A stretch of DNA of 63,184 bases, the filler included, from Octopus bimaculoides (taxonomy: Eukaryota): NCBI RefSeq assembly GCF_001194135.2. It is 5 parts of 5 records of this genome, joined end to end, with 100 filler letters (N's around TTAATTAATTAA, not from the genome) between each part and the next. Parts side by side here need not be neighbours in the genome. Positions count along the whole stretch, not along the records: positions 20,775 to 52,051 come from NC_069001.1; positions 52,152 to 63,184 come from NC_069004.1; 3 more parts are not named here. One strand, 5' to 3'. Positions within the stretch are counted from its first letter, which is position 1. Each line of letters starts with the position of its first letter. Under the pieces are notes generated by a model. The model made no database searches. It worked only from the letters and a program-made list of their open reading frames with translations, and was not told the origin of the DNA. The translations under genes were made by a program, and so were the position numbers. Positions 51,681-63,109 of this stretch are shown here, one piece after another.

Positions 51681-52214
51681 TATACATTTTTATAGAATTT
51701 TCCTTATTTCTCTGGGACCAAAGGTTTCCTGCTGATAGACATTAGAAATATTTTTTCAAGCAGAGTTCAATATATGACTGATATTCCGCCATTACCACTG
51801 ATGAAGATTTGTGTGTGTGTGTGTATGTGTGCACGCACACACACATACATACATGATTGCATGTCTAATTGACAATGAGTGTTTGCCCAGATTCCGTCCA
51901 TCAAATTCCAAACTCTAGGTATTCATCAACCCCAGGTTATGACCAATATAGTCACTTGCTCCACAGTTTGTGCACAGTGGCATTGAAGCTTCAGCCCCGT
52001 ACTTGCAATGGAAACTTCTTAACCATGAAGCTATGCATGCACCCCCCCCCCNNNNNNNNNNNNNNNNNNNNNNNNNNNNNNNNNNNNNNNNNNNNTTAAT
52101 TAATTAANNNNNNNNNNNNNNNNNNNNNNNNNNNNNNNNNNNNNNNNNNNNCACACACACACTCGCACGCACCCCCAGCACGCACACACTCACACACACA
52201 CATACACACACACA

Positions 52215-52445
52215 GGCGGCGAGCTGGCAGAAACGTTAGCACGCCGGGCGAAATGCTTAGCGGTATTTTGTCTACCGCTACGTTCTGAGTTCAAATTCCG
52301 CCGAGGTCGACTTTGCCTTTCATCCTTTCGGGGTCGATTAAATAAGTACCAGTTACGCACTGGGGTTGATATAATCGACTTAATCCATTAGTCTGTCCTT
52401 GTTTGTCCCCTCTGTGTGTAGCCCCTTGTGGGTAGTAAAGAAATA
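52215..52445 (+). mobile_element. SINE family A (A1), full length, young
   Basis: GGCGGCGAGCTGGCAGAAACGTTAGCACGCCGGGCGAAATGCTTAGCGG...CCCCTTGTGGGTAGTAAAGAAATA; few differences from 10262-10480. Confidence 0.9.
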
Positions 52446-53023
52446 ACACACATACACATGCTTTCATACACTTGTACAAACATACATTCACAAATAAAAT
52501 ATTGCAAAGAAACACTTTCTATATCTTAATCTTTATCCGTTTGTCTTTTTCCCTTCTTTTTATCTCTTTTTGCCTCTTTTCTCCTCGAACACTTACAGAC
52601 TGCATTTTGCTTTGGGTCGTTGACACAACTGACTTGATGTTCCCCAGTTTTTTCCAACCTGCTCCATCTGACCATCAAACTGACCAATGATGTCAATGCA
52701 TGCAAATTGACTAACTTCGAAACCTTTTAGAAGTTAAATCCATCATCAGTCGCCTTAAAAGACATCTGCAGAAGGAATAGAGTCGGGTGTGGGTTCAGAA
52801 GAATGGTCGGGTAGTTCATTCGGTTGCATTCAAGACGAGTGCCACGGCATGAAGACCTCTTTGAACTTGACACTAGAACCTAACGAATCGCTGGTCAATT
52901 TTAATGACCACATTACTTATATTTAATTATCTGAGACTTTCTGAAAGTAAATTCCCTTGGCCCCACTGTCCTCAGAACAGTAAAGATGAAAGGAGTGAAC
53001 CCTTCTTTTTATTTATTTATCAG

Positions 53024-53089
53024 TGTCCCACCATGCCATCACGTCCGCCGATATACTCTGGTGGCTGGTTACGCCTGTGAAGCCCCTCA
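53024..53089 (+). CDS. Candidate 66-nt phase-1/1 coding exon, product unknown
   Basis: cttctttttatttatttatcag|TGTCCC...CCCTCA|gtaagt; open frame SHHAITSADILWWLVTPVKPL. Confidence 0.25.
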
Positions 53090-53580
53090 GTAAGTGTCCA
53101 GAAGATTGGCTGTACACTGACCAGTATGACGATCCCATCCATTACTAGTTGACTATTGGGTGTGTACCCATCAAAAGCAGGCTGGAATTCTTTTACCCTA
53201 TTTCTCGCCTGCAAAAATAAGATATTAAGAATTCTGGAATTATGGCACGTCCATATACTTAGACAATTTCTTTCGTTTTTTTTTTTTTCTCCATAGTTTT
53301 TCCTTTCCAGATGTGAAGGCACATAACTCGGTGGTTAGAGTGTCGCATTCATGATTTCGATTCTCGTACCGCACGATGCGTTGTGTTCTTGAGCAAAACA
53401 TCTCATTTCCAGTTGCTCCACTCCACTCAGCTGCGAGTAACTCTGCGACAGACTGGTTGTAGTAATTCTGGTTATTGAACTAGTGAGATTGTTGAATACA
53501 GAAGACCGGAAAAGATAGGCCGTAAATAGGATGTACTCATCTTAGAACGAAGGTATAGTATCCGTTACTAGTTGTTTTAG

Positions 53581-53670
53581 TCGTGAACCTTGCTGATCAG
53601 GAGTCAGCCATGTTTAAATATTATTCCAAAGCCTCGTTTTCGACTGGCTTGCCAGAAGATGGATGTAACT
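53581..53670 (+). CDS. Candidate 90-nt phase-1/1 coding exon, product unknown
   Basis: tagttgttttag|TCGTGA...GTAACT|gtgagt; only open frame VNLADQESAMFKYYSKASFSTGLPEDGCN, phase-compatible with 53024-53089. Confidence 0.25.
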
Positions 53671-54111
53671 GTGAGTAGTAAGAATAACAGTAATTATTAC
53701 CATACTGGTGTCCCATTCAGAGGGTATATTGTGACTATGGTCGCTTATACTCCATGCAAACCGGGTAACTGGCCTCAAGACTCTTAGGAATCGAGACAGG
53801 ACTTTTACTTCTCTTCTGCCAGGGTTGCACAATCAAAATATTTTAATTATTAATTGAAAGAAGCTCAAGTGGACATTTTTCAGTGCTTGAAGATGGTTCA
53901 TATACCATAGTATGTAACATCCGATTTTTCCCCGATTCTTTCGCCATACTCGTATATCGTGTTACCAGTTTCCGTAGAATAGTTTCTGTAGTGTCACCTA
54001 AAATATTTTCTCATAAGAATGTGTAACTATATGGTATATGTATGTGCGCCTATGAGAGAGAGAGAGAGAGAGAGAGGTAGAGAGAGAGTAAGAGAGAGAA
54101 AGAGTAAGAAA

Positions 54112-54156
<45 letters not shown>

Positions 54157-55108
54157 TGCGTGAGCAAACGGAAGAAAGAAACACTCAATACATTTGCCTG
54201 GTGTTATGTGTATTTAATAAGTTTGATTCAGACAGAGAATGTGGCCGAAAGAGNNNNNNNNNNNNNNNNNNNNNNNNNNNNNNNNNNNNNNNNNNNNNNN
54301 NNNNNNNNNNNNNNNNNNNNNNNNNNNNNNNNNNNNNNNNNNNNNNNNNNNNNNNNNNNNNNNNNNNNNNNNNNNNNNNNNNNNNNNNNNNNNNNNNNNN
54401 NNNNNNNNNNNNNNNNNNNNNNNNNNNNNNNNNNNNNNNNNNNNNNNNNNNNNNNNNNNNNNNNNNNNNNNNNNNNNNNNNNNNNNNNNNNNNNNNNNNN
54501 NNNNNNNNNNNNNNNNNNNNNNNNNNNNNNCAGTTCCTCATTAAATTCTCGTGCTTGGGATGGTGGCCACCTCATTAGACGACGTTCAGAGACAATCATT
54601 GCTTTTGCTAATACAAAAATTGGAACCAAACAATAAATATATATATATATATATGAAGAAATAAAACTTTGGGGAAATCTCAACTATGTACTTGTTGCTG
54701 CTGCTGCTGCTACTGCTGCTGGTGCCGCCTCCGCCGCCACCGCTGCCGCTGCCGCCGCCACCGCCGCCGCCACGGCTGTTGCTACTGGTTACGATGGAGA
54801 AGGATGTTATTTTCGATTTTCCTTTCAGTTTTCTTCGCTGATTGTTATTTCAAGCGGTGCATCCGTTGTTGCAGGTAACATATTATTGCATCTCGTTCTT
54901 GCATCTGATGCAAGCGACATCAGCTGATGCATGCTGCTATTTTTCGCAACGCATCGCGTTAACTGATATTCTTTTACCACTCTTACTACTATTACTACTA
55001 TTACTACTACTACTACTACTACTACCACCACTACTATTACTGCTACTACTGTTGCTGCTTCCACTATTGTTATTGTTGTTGTTGCTGTTGTTCCTTAATA
55101 ATACTACA

Positions 55109-55187
<79 letters not shown>

Positions 55188-55188
<1 letters not shown>

Positions 55189-55640
55189 GGCGGTGAGCTG
55201 GCAGAATCGTTAGCATGCCGGTTAAAATGCTTAGCGGTATTTCGTCTGCCTTTACGTTCTGAGTTCAAATTCCGCCGAGGTCGACTTTGCCTTTCATCCT
55301 TTCGGGGTCGATAAATTAAGTACCAGTTACGCACTGGGGTCGATGTAATCGACTTAATCCCTTTGTCTGTCCTTGTTTGTCCCCTCTAATGTTTAACCCT
55401 TTGTGGGCAATAAAAAAAAAAAGAATCGTTAACACGCCGGTTAAAATGCTTAGCGGCATTTCATCCGTCTTTACGTGCTGAGTTCAATTTCGCCGAGGTC
55501 AACTTTGCCTTTCATCCTTTTGGGATCGATGAAATAAAGTACCAGTTACGCACTGAGTTCGATGTAATCAACTTGCCCCCTCCCTCAAAATTTCAGGCTT
55601 CGTGCCTATAGTAGAAAGGATTATTATTATTATTATTATT
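55188..55640 (+). mobile_element. Tandem family A SINEs (A1 then A2) embedded in (ATT)n
   Basis: Full A1 at 55188-55420 directly followed by a second copy starting GAATCGTTAACACGCCGGTTAAAATGC and ending GTAGAAAGGATTATTATT. Confidence 0.88.
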
Positions 55641-55734
55641 ACTACTGCTACTATTAATAGCATTAACAGCCTTGTTTCACCAATGTATTGTAGTCGTGTA
55701 AGAAGCTAGGAGTGCTGTTAGATACAATAAGGAA

Positions 55735-56170
55735 CATAATGGTTTCAATTTTGGCACAAGGCCAGCAATTTCGGACGCGGGAGTAAGCCGATTACATCGA
55801 GACCAATGCTCAAGTGGAACTTATTTTATGGATCCCGAAAGGATGATAGGTAAAGTCAACTTTAGTGGAATTTGCGCTGAGAACGTAAAGACAGAAGGAA
55901 TGCCGTTGAGCATTCCTGGCGCGCTAACGATTCTGCCAAGTCGCTGCTTTGGATCATATTAATATACTGATTTCAAATTTTGCCACAAGGCTAGCATTTT
56001 CGGGAGAGATTACATCGATCTCGGTGTTCAACTGGTGATTATTTTATCGACCCCGAAAGGATAAAAGATAAAGTCTATCTCTGCGGAATTTGCACTCAGA
56101 ATATAAAGACGGACGTAATACCGCGAAGCATTTTTCCTGGCGAGCTAACGATTCTGTCAACTCGCTGCCT
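55735..56170 (-). mobile_element. Two tandem family A SINE copies, minus strand
   Basis: TTTGGCACAAGGCCAGCAATTT..CCCGAAAGGATGA..AAAGTCAAC..GCTAACGATTCTGCCA occurs twice (about 55740-55945 and 55975-56170). Confidence 0.8.
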
Positions 56171-56491
56171 TGGGACACATTAATATATTAAACGTACTCT
56201 GGCAGTTTTGAGCGTAATTAGATATACTTTTAGGACATATCAATAAATGGTGAACTGTACTCTGCTCTATTAGTTTCATTTTCTTTCTCGTACGGGAGAA
56301 CGAGATCGAAGTCCTGGCAAGGTTTGATTTGTGGGTCTTCTCAGCAATAATATTGTTATTGTGGTTGTTTAAACCCCCGGGTCAAACATGATTGAACATT
56401 TCTACGATCAAAATCTTTCCAGGTAAGATCATCCTGTTTTTAAAGTGTGTACGAAGGATTATATTATTTAATGTGTTCTTTATTACTTAAG

Positions 56492-56780
56492 AGTGGAGGC
56501 GCAATGGCCCAGTGGTTAGGGGCAACGGACTCGCGGTCGGAGGATCGCGGTTTTGATTCCCAGACCTGGCGTTGTGTGTGTTTATTGAGCGAAAACACTT
56601 AAAGCTCCACGAGGCTCCGGCAGAGGGTGGTGGTGACCCCTGTTGTACCCTTTTGCCACAACTTTCTTTCACTCTTTCTTCCTGTTTCTTGAGTAACGCT
56701 GCGATGGACTGGCGTCCCATCCAGGTGGGGAGACACATACGCCACAGAAACCGGGAAACCGGGCCCATGAGCCTGGCTAG
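56492..56780 (+). mobile_element. tRNA-derived SINE with a V-domain-like central motif
   Basis: GGCGCAATGGCCCAGTGGTTAGG (A box), GGTTTTGATTCCC (B box), then GCGATGGACTGGCGTCCCATCCAGG, which resembles conserved central motifs of V-type SINEs (inference); runs into a gap. Confidence 0.75.
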
Positions 56781-57734
56781 GCTTGAAAAAGGACGCATAA
56801 NNNNNNNNNNNNNNNNNNNNNNNNNNNNNNNNNNNNNNNNNNNNNNNNNNNNNNNNNNNNNNNNNNNNNNNNNNNNNNNNNNNNNNNNNNNNNNNNNNNN
56901 NNNNNNNNNNNNNNNNNNNNNNNNNNNNNNNNNNNNNNNNNNNNNNNNNNNNNNNNNNNNNNNNNNNNNNNNNNNNNNNNNNNNNNNNNNNNNNNNNNNN
57001 NNNNNNNNNNNNNNNNNNNNNNNNNNNNNNNNNNNNNNNNNNNNNNNNNNNNNNNNNNNNNNNNNNNNNNNNNNNNNNNNNNNNNNNNNNNNNNNNNNNN
57101 NNNNNNNNNNNNNNNNNNNNNNNNNNNNNNNNNNNNNNNNNNNNNNNNNNNNNNNNNNNNNNNNNNNNNNNNNNNNNNNNNNNNNNNNNNNNNNNNNNNN
57201 NNNNNNNNNNNNNNNNNNNNNNNNNNNNNNNNNNNNNNNNNNNNNNNNNNNNNNNNNNNNNNNNNNNNNNNNNNNNNNNNNNNNNNNNNNNNNNNNNNNN
57301 NNNNNNNNNNNNNNNNNNNNNNNNNNNNNNNNNNNNNNNNNNNNNNNNNNNNNNNNNNNNNNNNNNNNNNNNNNNNNNNNNNNNNNNNNNNNNNNNNNNN
57401 NNNNNNNNNNNNNNNNNNNNNNNNNNNNNNNNNNNNNNNNNNNNNNNNNNNNNNNNNNNNNNNNNNNNNNNNNNNNNNNNNNNNNNNNNNNNNNNNNNNN
57501 NNNNNNNNNNNNNNNNNNNNNNNNNNNNNNNNNNNNNNNNNNNNNNNNNNNNNNNNNNNNNNNNNNNNNNNNNNNNNNNNNNNNNNNNNNNNNNNNNNNN
57601 NNNNNNNNNNNNNNNNNNNNNNNNNNNNNNNNNNNNNNNNNNNNNNNNNNNNNNNNNNNNNNNNNNNNNNNNNNNNNNNNNNNNNNNNNNCCATTCTCTA
57701 TTCCTTTTCTCTCTTTCCTTATTTACACTTTTAG

Positions 57735-57773
<39 letters not shown>

Positions 57774-58659
57774 ATCCTCTCTCCTCCTCGTCTTTCTCCC
57801 TTCTATTTCGATTTTCTTTCCTTGATCGTTCTTTATCTTCTTCCTTGTTCTCTCTTCTTGTCTTTCTCCCCTTTTTGCCTGTCTGCCTCGCTCTCTTTCC
57901 CCCTCTCTCTCTCTATCTATCTATCTTTCTCATTGCTATCCCTCTTCAGCACACTCACACAGATATAGACAAGTAGAGAATATAGAAGTATATATAGAAA
58001 TAGACGAGTGACATCAGAAAATAAGAAAAAGTAGATCGACCACTCCACTCAAACTACCAGCGTTTATCATAGCAGCATTATGATTCAAAGATGGCGTCAG
58101 TGTAAACAGACACAGCAGACAAGTTAACAAGAGGATCTTTGGCCACTATATTTACTTTCAACGACCTCCTATTACATATAACATCCAATAAATTTTTAAT
58201 TGAAGCTTTCGTTTCATCCCCTTTCAAAGTGTCTAAACCTACTTCAAATGACACAAATAGTTTTGCTGTCAGGAATAACACTGCAGCGTCGTCACGCGCA
58301 TTTCTACGACGGCAGACTGTCGTTGTCACAACATGGCTGACATAAAAATAAACGTCGTTAGCAATTACATTTGATGAAATACTTTTACTTTAACTGTTGT
58401 TTGTTATATGGTCAAACCGTCAGTAACGCGTAGAACAAAATGCTTTGCGGAATTTCTTCCGACTCTTTACGTTCTGAATATAAATCTTTTCGAAGTCAGC
58501 GTTGCCAGTCTTCCTTTCGGAATCGCTAAAAGACAAATAGAAGACAAGTGCTGGGGGTTGATGTAATCAATGAAACACTTTCCCCTGACGTTGCCTGCCT
58601 CGGGCAAAATATTTGGAACAGTCGGTTCATTGTCGGTGAGAAGACTATTCTTTTTTTTT

Positions 58660-58875
58660 TTTACTTTCTTTTACTTGTTTCAGTCATTTGACTGCGGCCA
58701 TGCTGGAGCACAGCTTTTAGTCGAACAAATCGACTCCAGGACTTATTCTCTGTAAGCCTGGTACTTATTCTCTGCGCTTCTTTTGCCGAGTCACTAAGTT
58801 ACGGGGACGTAAACACACTAACATCAGTTGTCAAGCGATGGTGGTGGGGGAGAAACACAGACACATAAGCGCGTG

Positions 58876-58912
<37 letters not shown>

Positions 58913-59340
58913 ATGCACACACACACACACACGCACACACACATACGACGGGCTTCTTTCAGTTTCTTATTTCGTTATTGCCCACAAGGGGCTAAACATA
59001 GAGAGGACAAACAAGGACAGACAAAGGGATTAAGTCGATTACATAGACCCCAGTGCGTAACTGGTACTTAATTTATTGACCCCGAAAGGATTAAAAGCAA
59101 AGTCGACCTCGGCGAAATTTGAACTGAGAACGTAACGGCAGACGAAATACCGCTATGCATTTCGTCCGGCGTGCTAACGTTTCTGCCAGCTCGCCGCCTT
59201 TCAGTTTCTGTCTATCAAATCCACTCCACAAGGCTTTGGTTGGCCTGAGACTATAGTAGAAGAGGTGCCACACAGTGGGACTGATCCCGGAACCATGTGA
59301 TTGGAAAGCAAGCTTCTTACCAAATAGCCACTCCTGCGCC
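58660..59340 (-). mobile_element. SINE family B interrupted by a nested family A1 SINE (58967-59198)
   Basis: B sequence breaks at TTTCAGTTTC (58957-66) and resumes with TTTCAGTTTC (59199-208); a complete A1 lies between. Confidence 0.9.
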
Positions 59341-59419
59341 AATATACGTATATAATGTATGTATGCATGTGTGTATGTTTGTGTATACATATATGTATAT
59401 ACATATGTATGTGTGTGTA

Positions 59420-59546
59420 TGTATCCTACGCAAAACACTTTCAATACAGGAACCACGAGAGCATCACAGCAAACCACAGTACATACCCAAGGCACACAGA
59501 GCTGCGCTCGGTAGTGAAGTGAACGCACGTTATAAAAATAAAACTA

Positions 59547-59605
<59 letters not shown>
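59420..59605 (+). mobile_element. 5'-truncated R4/Dong-like 3' end with (TAA)n tail
   Basis: ATCCTACGCAAAACACTTTCAATACAG (ILRKTLSIQ, like the LLGTAHILRKxL terminus of R4/Dong RLE ORFs), 3'UTR matching 15182-15260, then (AAT)n. Confidence 0.7.
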
Positions 59606-59608
<3 letters not shown>

Positions 59609-59694
59609 TGGGGTCAGTGTAATCGACATAGCCCCTTTCTGAACTTGCTGGCCTTGTGCCAAAATTTGAAATCATTATTATTGTCATTATTATT

Positions 59695-59910
59695 AAGATG
59701 GCGAGCAGACAGGATGGTAAGCACGCCAGGCGAAGAACTTAGCGGGGCATTTCGTCCGTTTGTACGTTCTCAGTTTAAATTCTGCCGGGGTCGACTTTGC
59801 CTTTCATCCTTTCTGGGTCGATAAAATAAGTACCAGTTGAGTCAATGTAATCGACTATGCCCCCCAAAAAATTTCAGGCCTTGTGCGTATAGTCGAAAGG
59901 ATTATTATAA
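59695..59910 (+). mobile_element. SINE family A (A2)
   Basis: GGCGAGCAGACAGG..GCACGCCAGGCGAAG..GGGGTCGACTTTGCCTTTCATCCTTTC..TTTCAGGCCTTGTGCGTATAGTCGAAAGGATTATT. Confidence 0.8.
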
Positions 59911-60314
59911 TTGTTGTTATTGTTACTGTTGTTGTTGTTGTCATTATTGAAATATTAATAATACGAAAAGGGAAAAATCAGAAAGCAACCAAGCCAAAAA
60001 AATATCATCAGAATCTTGAAGATGTAGAAAAGCCAGCAATAAATCATGTAATTTCAGTAATTAGAAAAGAAGCTAATTTTTCTCTTCGGAAGATTTGAAA
60101 GAGAAAAATGGTGCCTTGGTTTCCATGGTGACGGGGAATTTTCAATTAAATTTCCATTGATTTAAAAAGCAATTTCGAGTCGCCATTTTTCATATGAAAT
60201 ATATTTATTAATCCACTTGTCTTGATCAATATCTGTGGGCATGTTGAGTCATTCATGCGGAACGAAATATTTTTAGTGATAACATCATACTCTCTCACTC
60301 TGTCGCTCGCTCGC

Positions 60315-60355
<41 letters not shown>

Positions 60356-60399
60356 TTCTCACACGCACACACACACACACATATATATACATATTTACA

Positions 60400-60555
60400 T
60401 GATGGACTTCCACACAGTTTCCGTCTACCAAATTCCTTCATAAGGCATTGCTAGGTGCAGGACTATTGCTGAAAACACTTGCTCAAAGTGCAACGCAGTG
60501 GGATTGAACCCGCAACCACATGGTTACTGGGCAAGCTTCTTAACCACTCAACTAT
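60400..60555 (-). mobile_element. SINE family B head (diverged)
   Basis: CAGTTTCCGTCTACCAAATTCC..GCAGTGGGATTGAACCC..CCACATGGTTACTGGGCAAGCTTCTTAACCAC. Confidence 0.7.
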
Positions 60556-61169
60556 GTACATCAGTACATCCTGGCACACACGCACCTACAAGCACATACA
60601 CACCGGTTGCGGAGCACTGGTGTGTATATTCTCCGCATCGTATCGCAGAATTTGCATATAATGCCGAATGTACTTTTGGTGAACGTGAAGTACTCTTATA
60701 GAGCATCTGGTTCGCCATCTTATGAAGCATCGAAGAATTTACGTGGATTGCAAAATATAAAAGTATATAATACTGGCGGATATGTTGAGTGATTTGGTGC
60801 TAGGATTTAGAAACTCGATGGTTGCTATAGCGTACAGACGGTATGCTATTCTCACACACACACACACACACATATATATATACATGTCTTTCCTTACTAA
60901 TGATCATTAGTAAAGAAAGACACACAAATAAGAAAGAAGAAAGCAAAGGACCACTGATGAGGTCACAGAAGTGTGACGAAAGATCTCTGGCCGAAATACG
61001 ATTAATACAAAATAAAGCTGAAGCAAATTAACACCAAATATATAGTGCGTGTGTTTTTATTGGCTAAACTGGCAACATGACCATCCCCAAATACAACAAT
61101 ATCTGTTTCAACACAGGATTTCACATCAAGAATCTTGCAAAACGAATATATAAACGTACGTACATATGC

Positions 61170-61206
<37 letters not shown>

Positions 61207-61239
61207 TCCAAGTAAGTTAGGGGTTGTGAATCCAGCCCG

Positions 61240-62025
61240 CTAAGGGATAACGTCTATCCCATATACTGCTGGAGCAGCAGTACTGGAAGTGTGGCCGTGC
61301 AAAGGAGGAGACAAGTAGACTGATGATACCTTGTTCCCGGGACCGGAAGATTCTTAAGATCCAGGAGCTCATCCTACGAGCTATATCGATCTTATTGTTG
61401 ATGTAGGCACTCCAGCTGAGATTGTTATCAGCAATTACTCCTAGGTCTCTGATATTATTAGATGCTCTTCCACTGAAGGAAGTGAGTATGGCTGTTTTAG
61501 TATAACCTTTCTTCCAAAATGCATCAGCTCAAATTTTCTCTCGTTTAGTTGCATTTTGTTTTTGTCTTCCCATTGACTCATCGCATATATAGATCAGACT
61601 GGATTTGAGTTCGGTCTTCTTCTTCCTTCATGATTTGTTGGAGCTTAGCGTCATCAGCAAATATTTTCACTTTGCAGTGTTTTACGACGCTGGAAAAGTC
61701 ATTTATATAGATTATAAAGAGGAACGGGCCCAAGACAGTCCCCTGAGGGACACCACTGGTGACTTTTGCTGGGCTTCAGTGGACTCCATCGACCACAACA
61801 TGTTGTGTTCTATTCGGCAGGAAATACTTAATCCAGTGTAGAAGTTTTCCACATTCCAACATTTGCCAATTTTGAGAGTAAGATATTATGGTCAACCCTA
61901 TCGAACGCTTTACTGAATCAAAGATATATGACATCAGATTTGGAACCTGTTCCCAAGGCTTTAAGTGTATCCTCAATGCGGTGTACGAGCTGTGTTAGAC
62001 AGTCCCTGCCACCGCAAAAGCCATG
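61240..62025 (-). mobile_element. CR1/L2-type LINE reverse transcriptase fragment
   Basis: [89 protein letters not shown]; stops and frameshifts present. Confidence 0.93.
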
Positions 62026-62822
62026 CTGATTTGTATATATATATACATATATACACACACATACACACACACACATATATATATACATACATACATATAT
62101 GTATATATATCTACATACATATATATATACATACATATATATATATATATATATACATAATATCTACAAATGTATATACAAACATATATATATGTATATA
62201 TATATGCATATATATATACATATATATATATATATAATACTTATATAAATAATACATACGTATGTAAATGTGTGTGTATATATATATAAGTGTATATATA
62301 TATATACATGTTGTATGTATATGTGTGTGTGTACATATATATATTATAAATATATACATATTTTATGTGTACATGAACGTCTATAGGTATATGAACATAC
62401 GCTCACATACACATATATACTACTTGTTTGTGATTTTTTGTCCGAAAATATGAGCGTATATAATGCACTTATAGCCACTAAAGTTATTCGTGGGGCGGGG
62501 GATGTGTGTGTGTGTATGTGTGCGTGTGTGTGTGTGTGTGTGTACACGTGAGCACTCCTTGCTTCTGGTTCGGTTTACACGCGTGTTTGCATATATTTCT
62601 TAAATAAATACGCTATTAGTAAAATGTATAAAAGAACTGCGTGTGCGCATGTATGTATGTGTGTGTGTATAGCGACAAAAGTTATTTGTGGGGTGGGGGA
62701 TCTGTGTGTATGTGTGTGTGTGTATACACGTATGTATATCTATATGTTGGTGTATATATGTCTATATGTTTATATATGTATATATATATGTTTATATATA
62801 TATATATATATANNNNNNNNNN

Positions 62823-62861
<39 letters not shown>

Positions 62862-63066
62862 GCTTAATTACTATTATAAATGCGTATATACACATTTAAG
62901 TATGTGTACAAACATTTATACATGCACTTGTCTAAACACACTGAGATATGTCTTAGGTCAAGTAGAACTATGCGGGCGTGCGTGCATATGTGTTCGTGTG
63001 TGAATGTATTTTTCTGTGCATACGTATGTGTACGATAGTATGGGCATATGTTAATTGTATCGATAA

Positions 63067-63109
<43 letters not shown>

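Noticed and set aside
53020-53209. Minus-strand terminal exon candidate (ttatttttgcag|ARNRVKEFQPAF...GH*) followed by AATAAA
   Set aside because: Peptide unrecognised, the AATAAA lies in an A-rich simple repeat, and it overlaps the plus-strand candidate; cannot be supported without transcripts.
54690-54790. GC-rich (GCT/GCC)n that could encode poly-Ala or poly-Gly
   Set aside because: The poly-Ala frame is closed by stops within about 30 codons; the poly-Gly frame runs into (AT)n with no splice signals.
8974-57825. Long ORFs of 200-420 aa spanning N runs (e.g. 13055-14317, 46702-47946, 56572-57825)
   Set aside because: They are open only because N codons translate as X; flanks are microsatellite translations.
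58078-58329. 83-aa protein-like minus-strand ORF
   Set aside because: No recognisable domain or convincing splice boundaries; an ORF of this length can occur by chance.
60640-60701. AEFAYN peptide resembling Gypsy integrase
   Set aside because: Only six residues match, with no other integrase motifs nearby.
3186-62835. Many YI/HT/CV/SL/poly-I/poly-L ORFs
   Set aside because: Translations of (AT)n, (AC)n, (AG)n and (ATT)n microsatellites.
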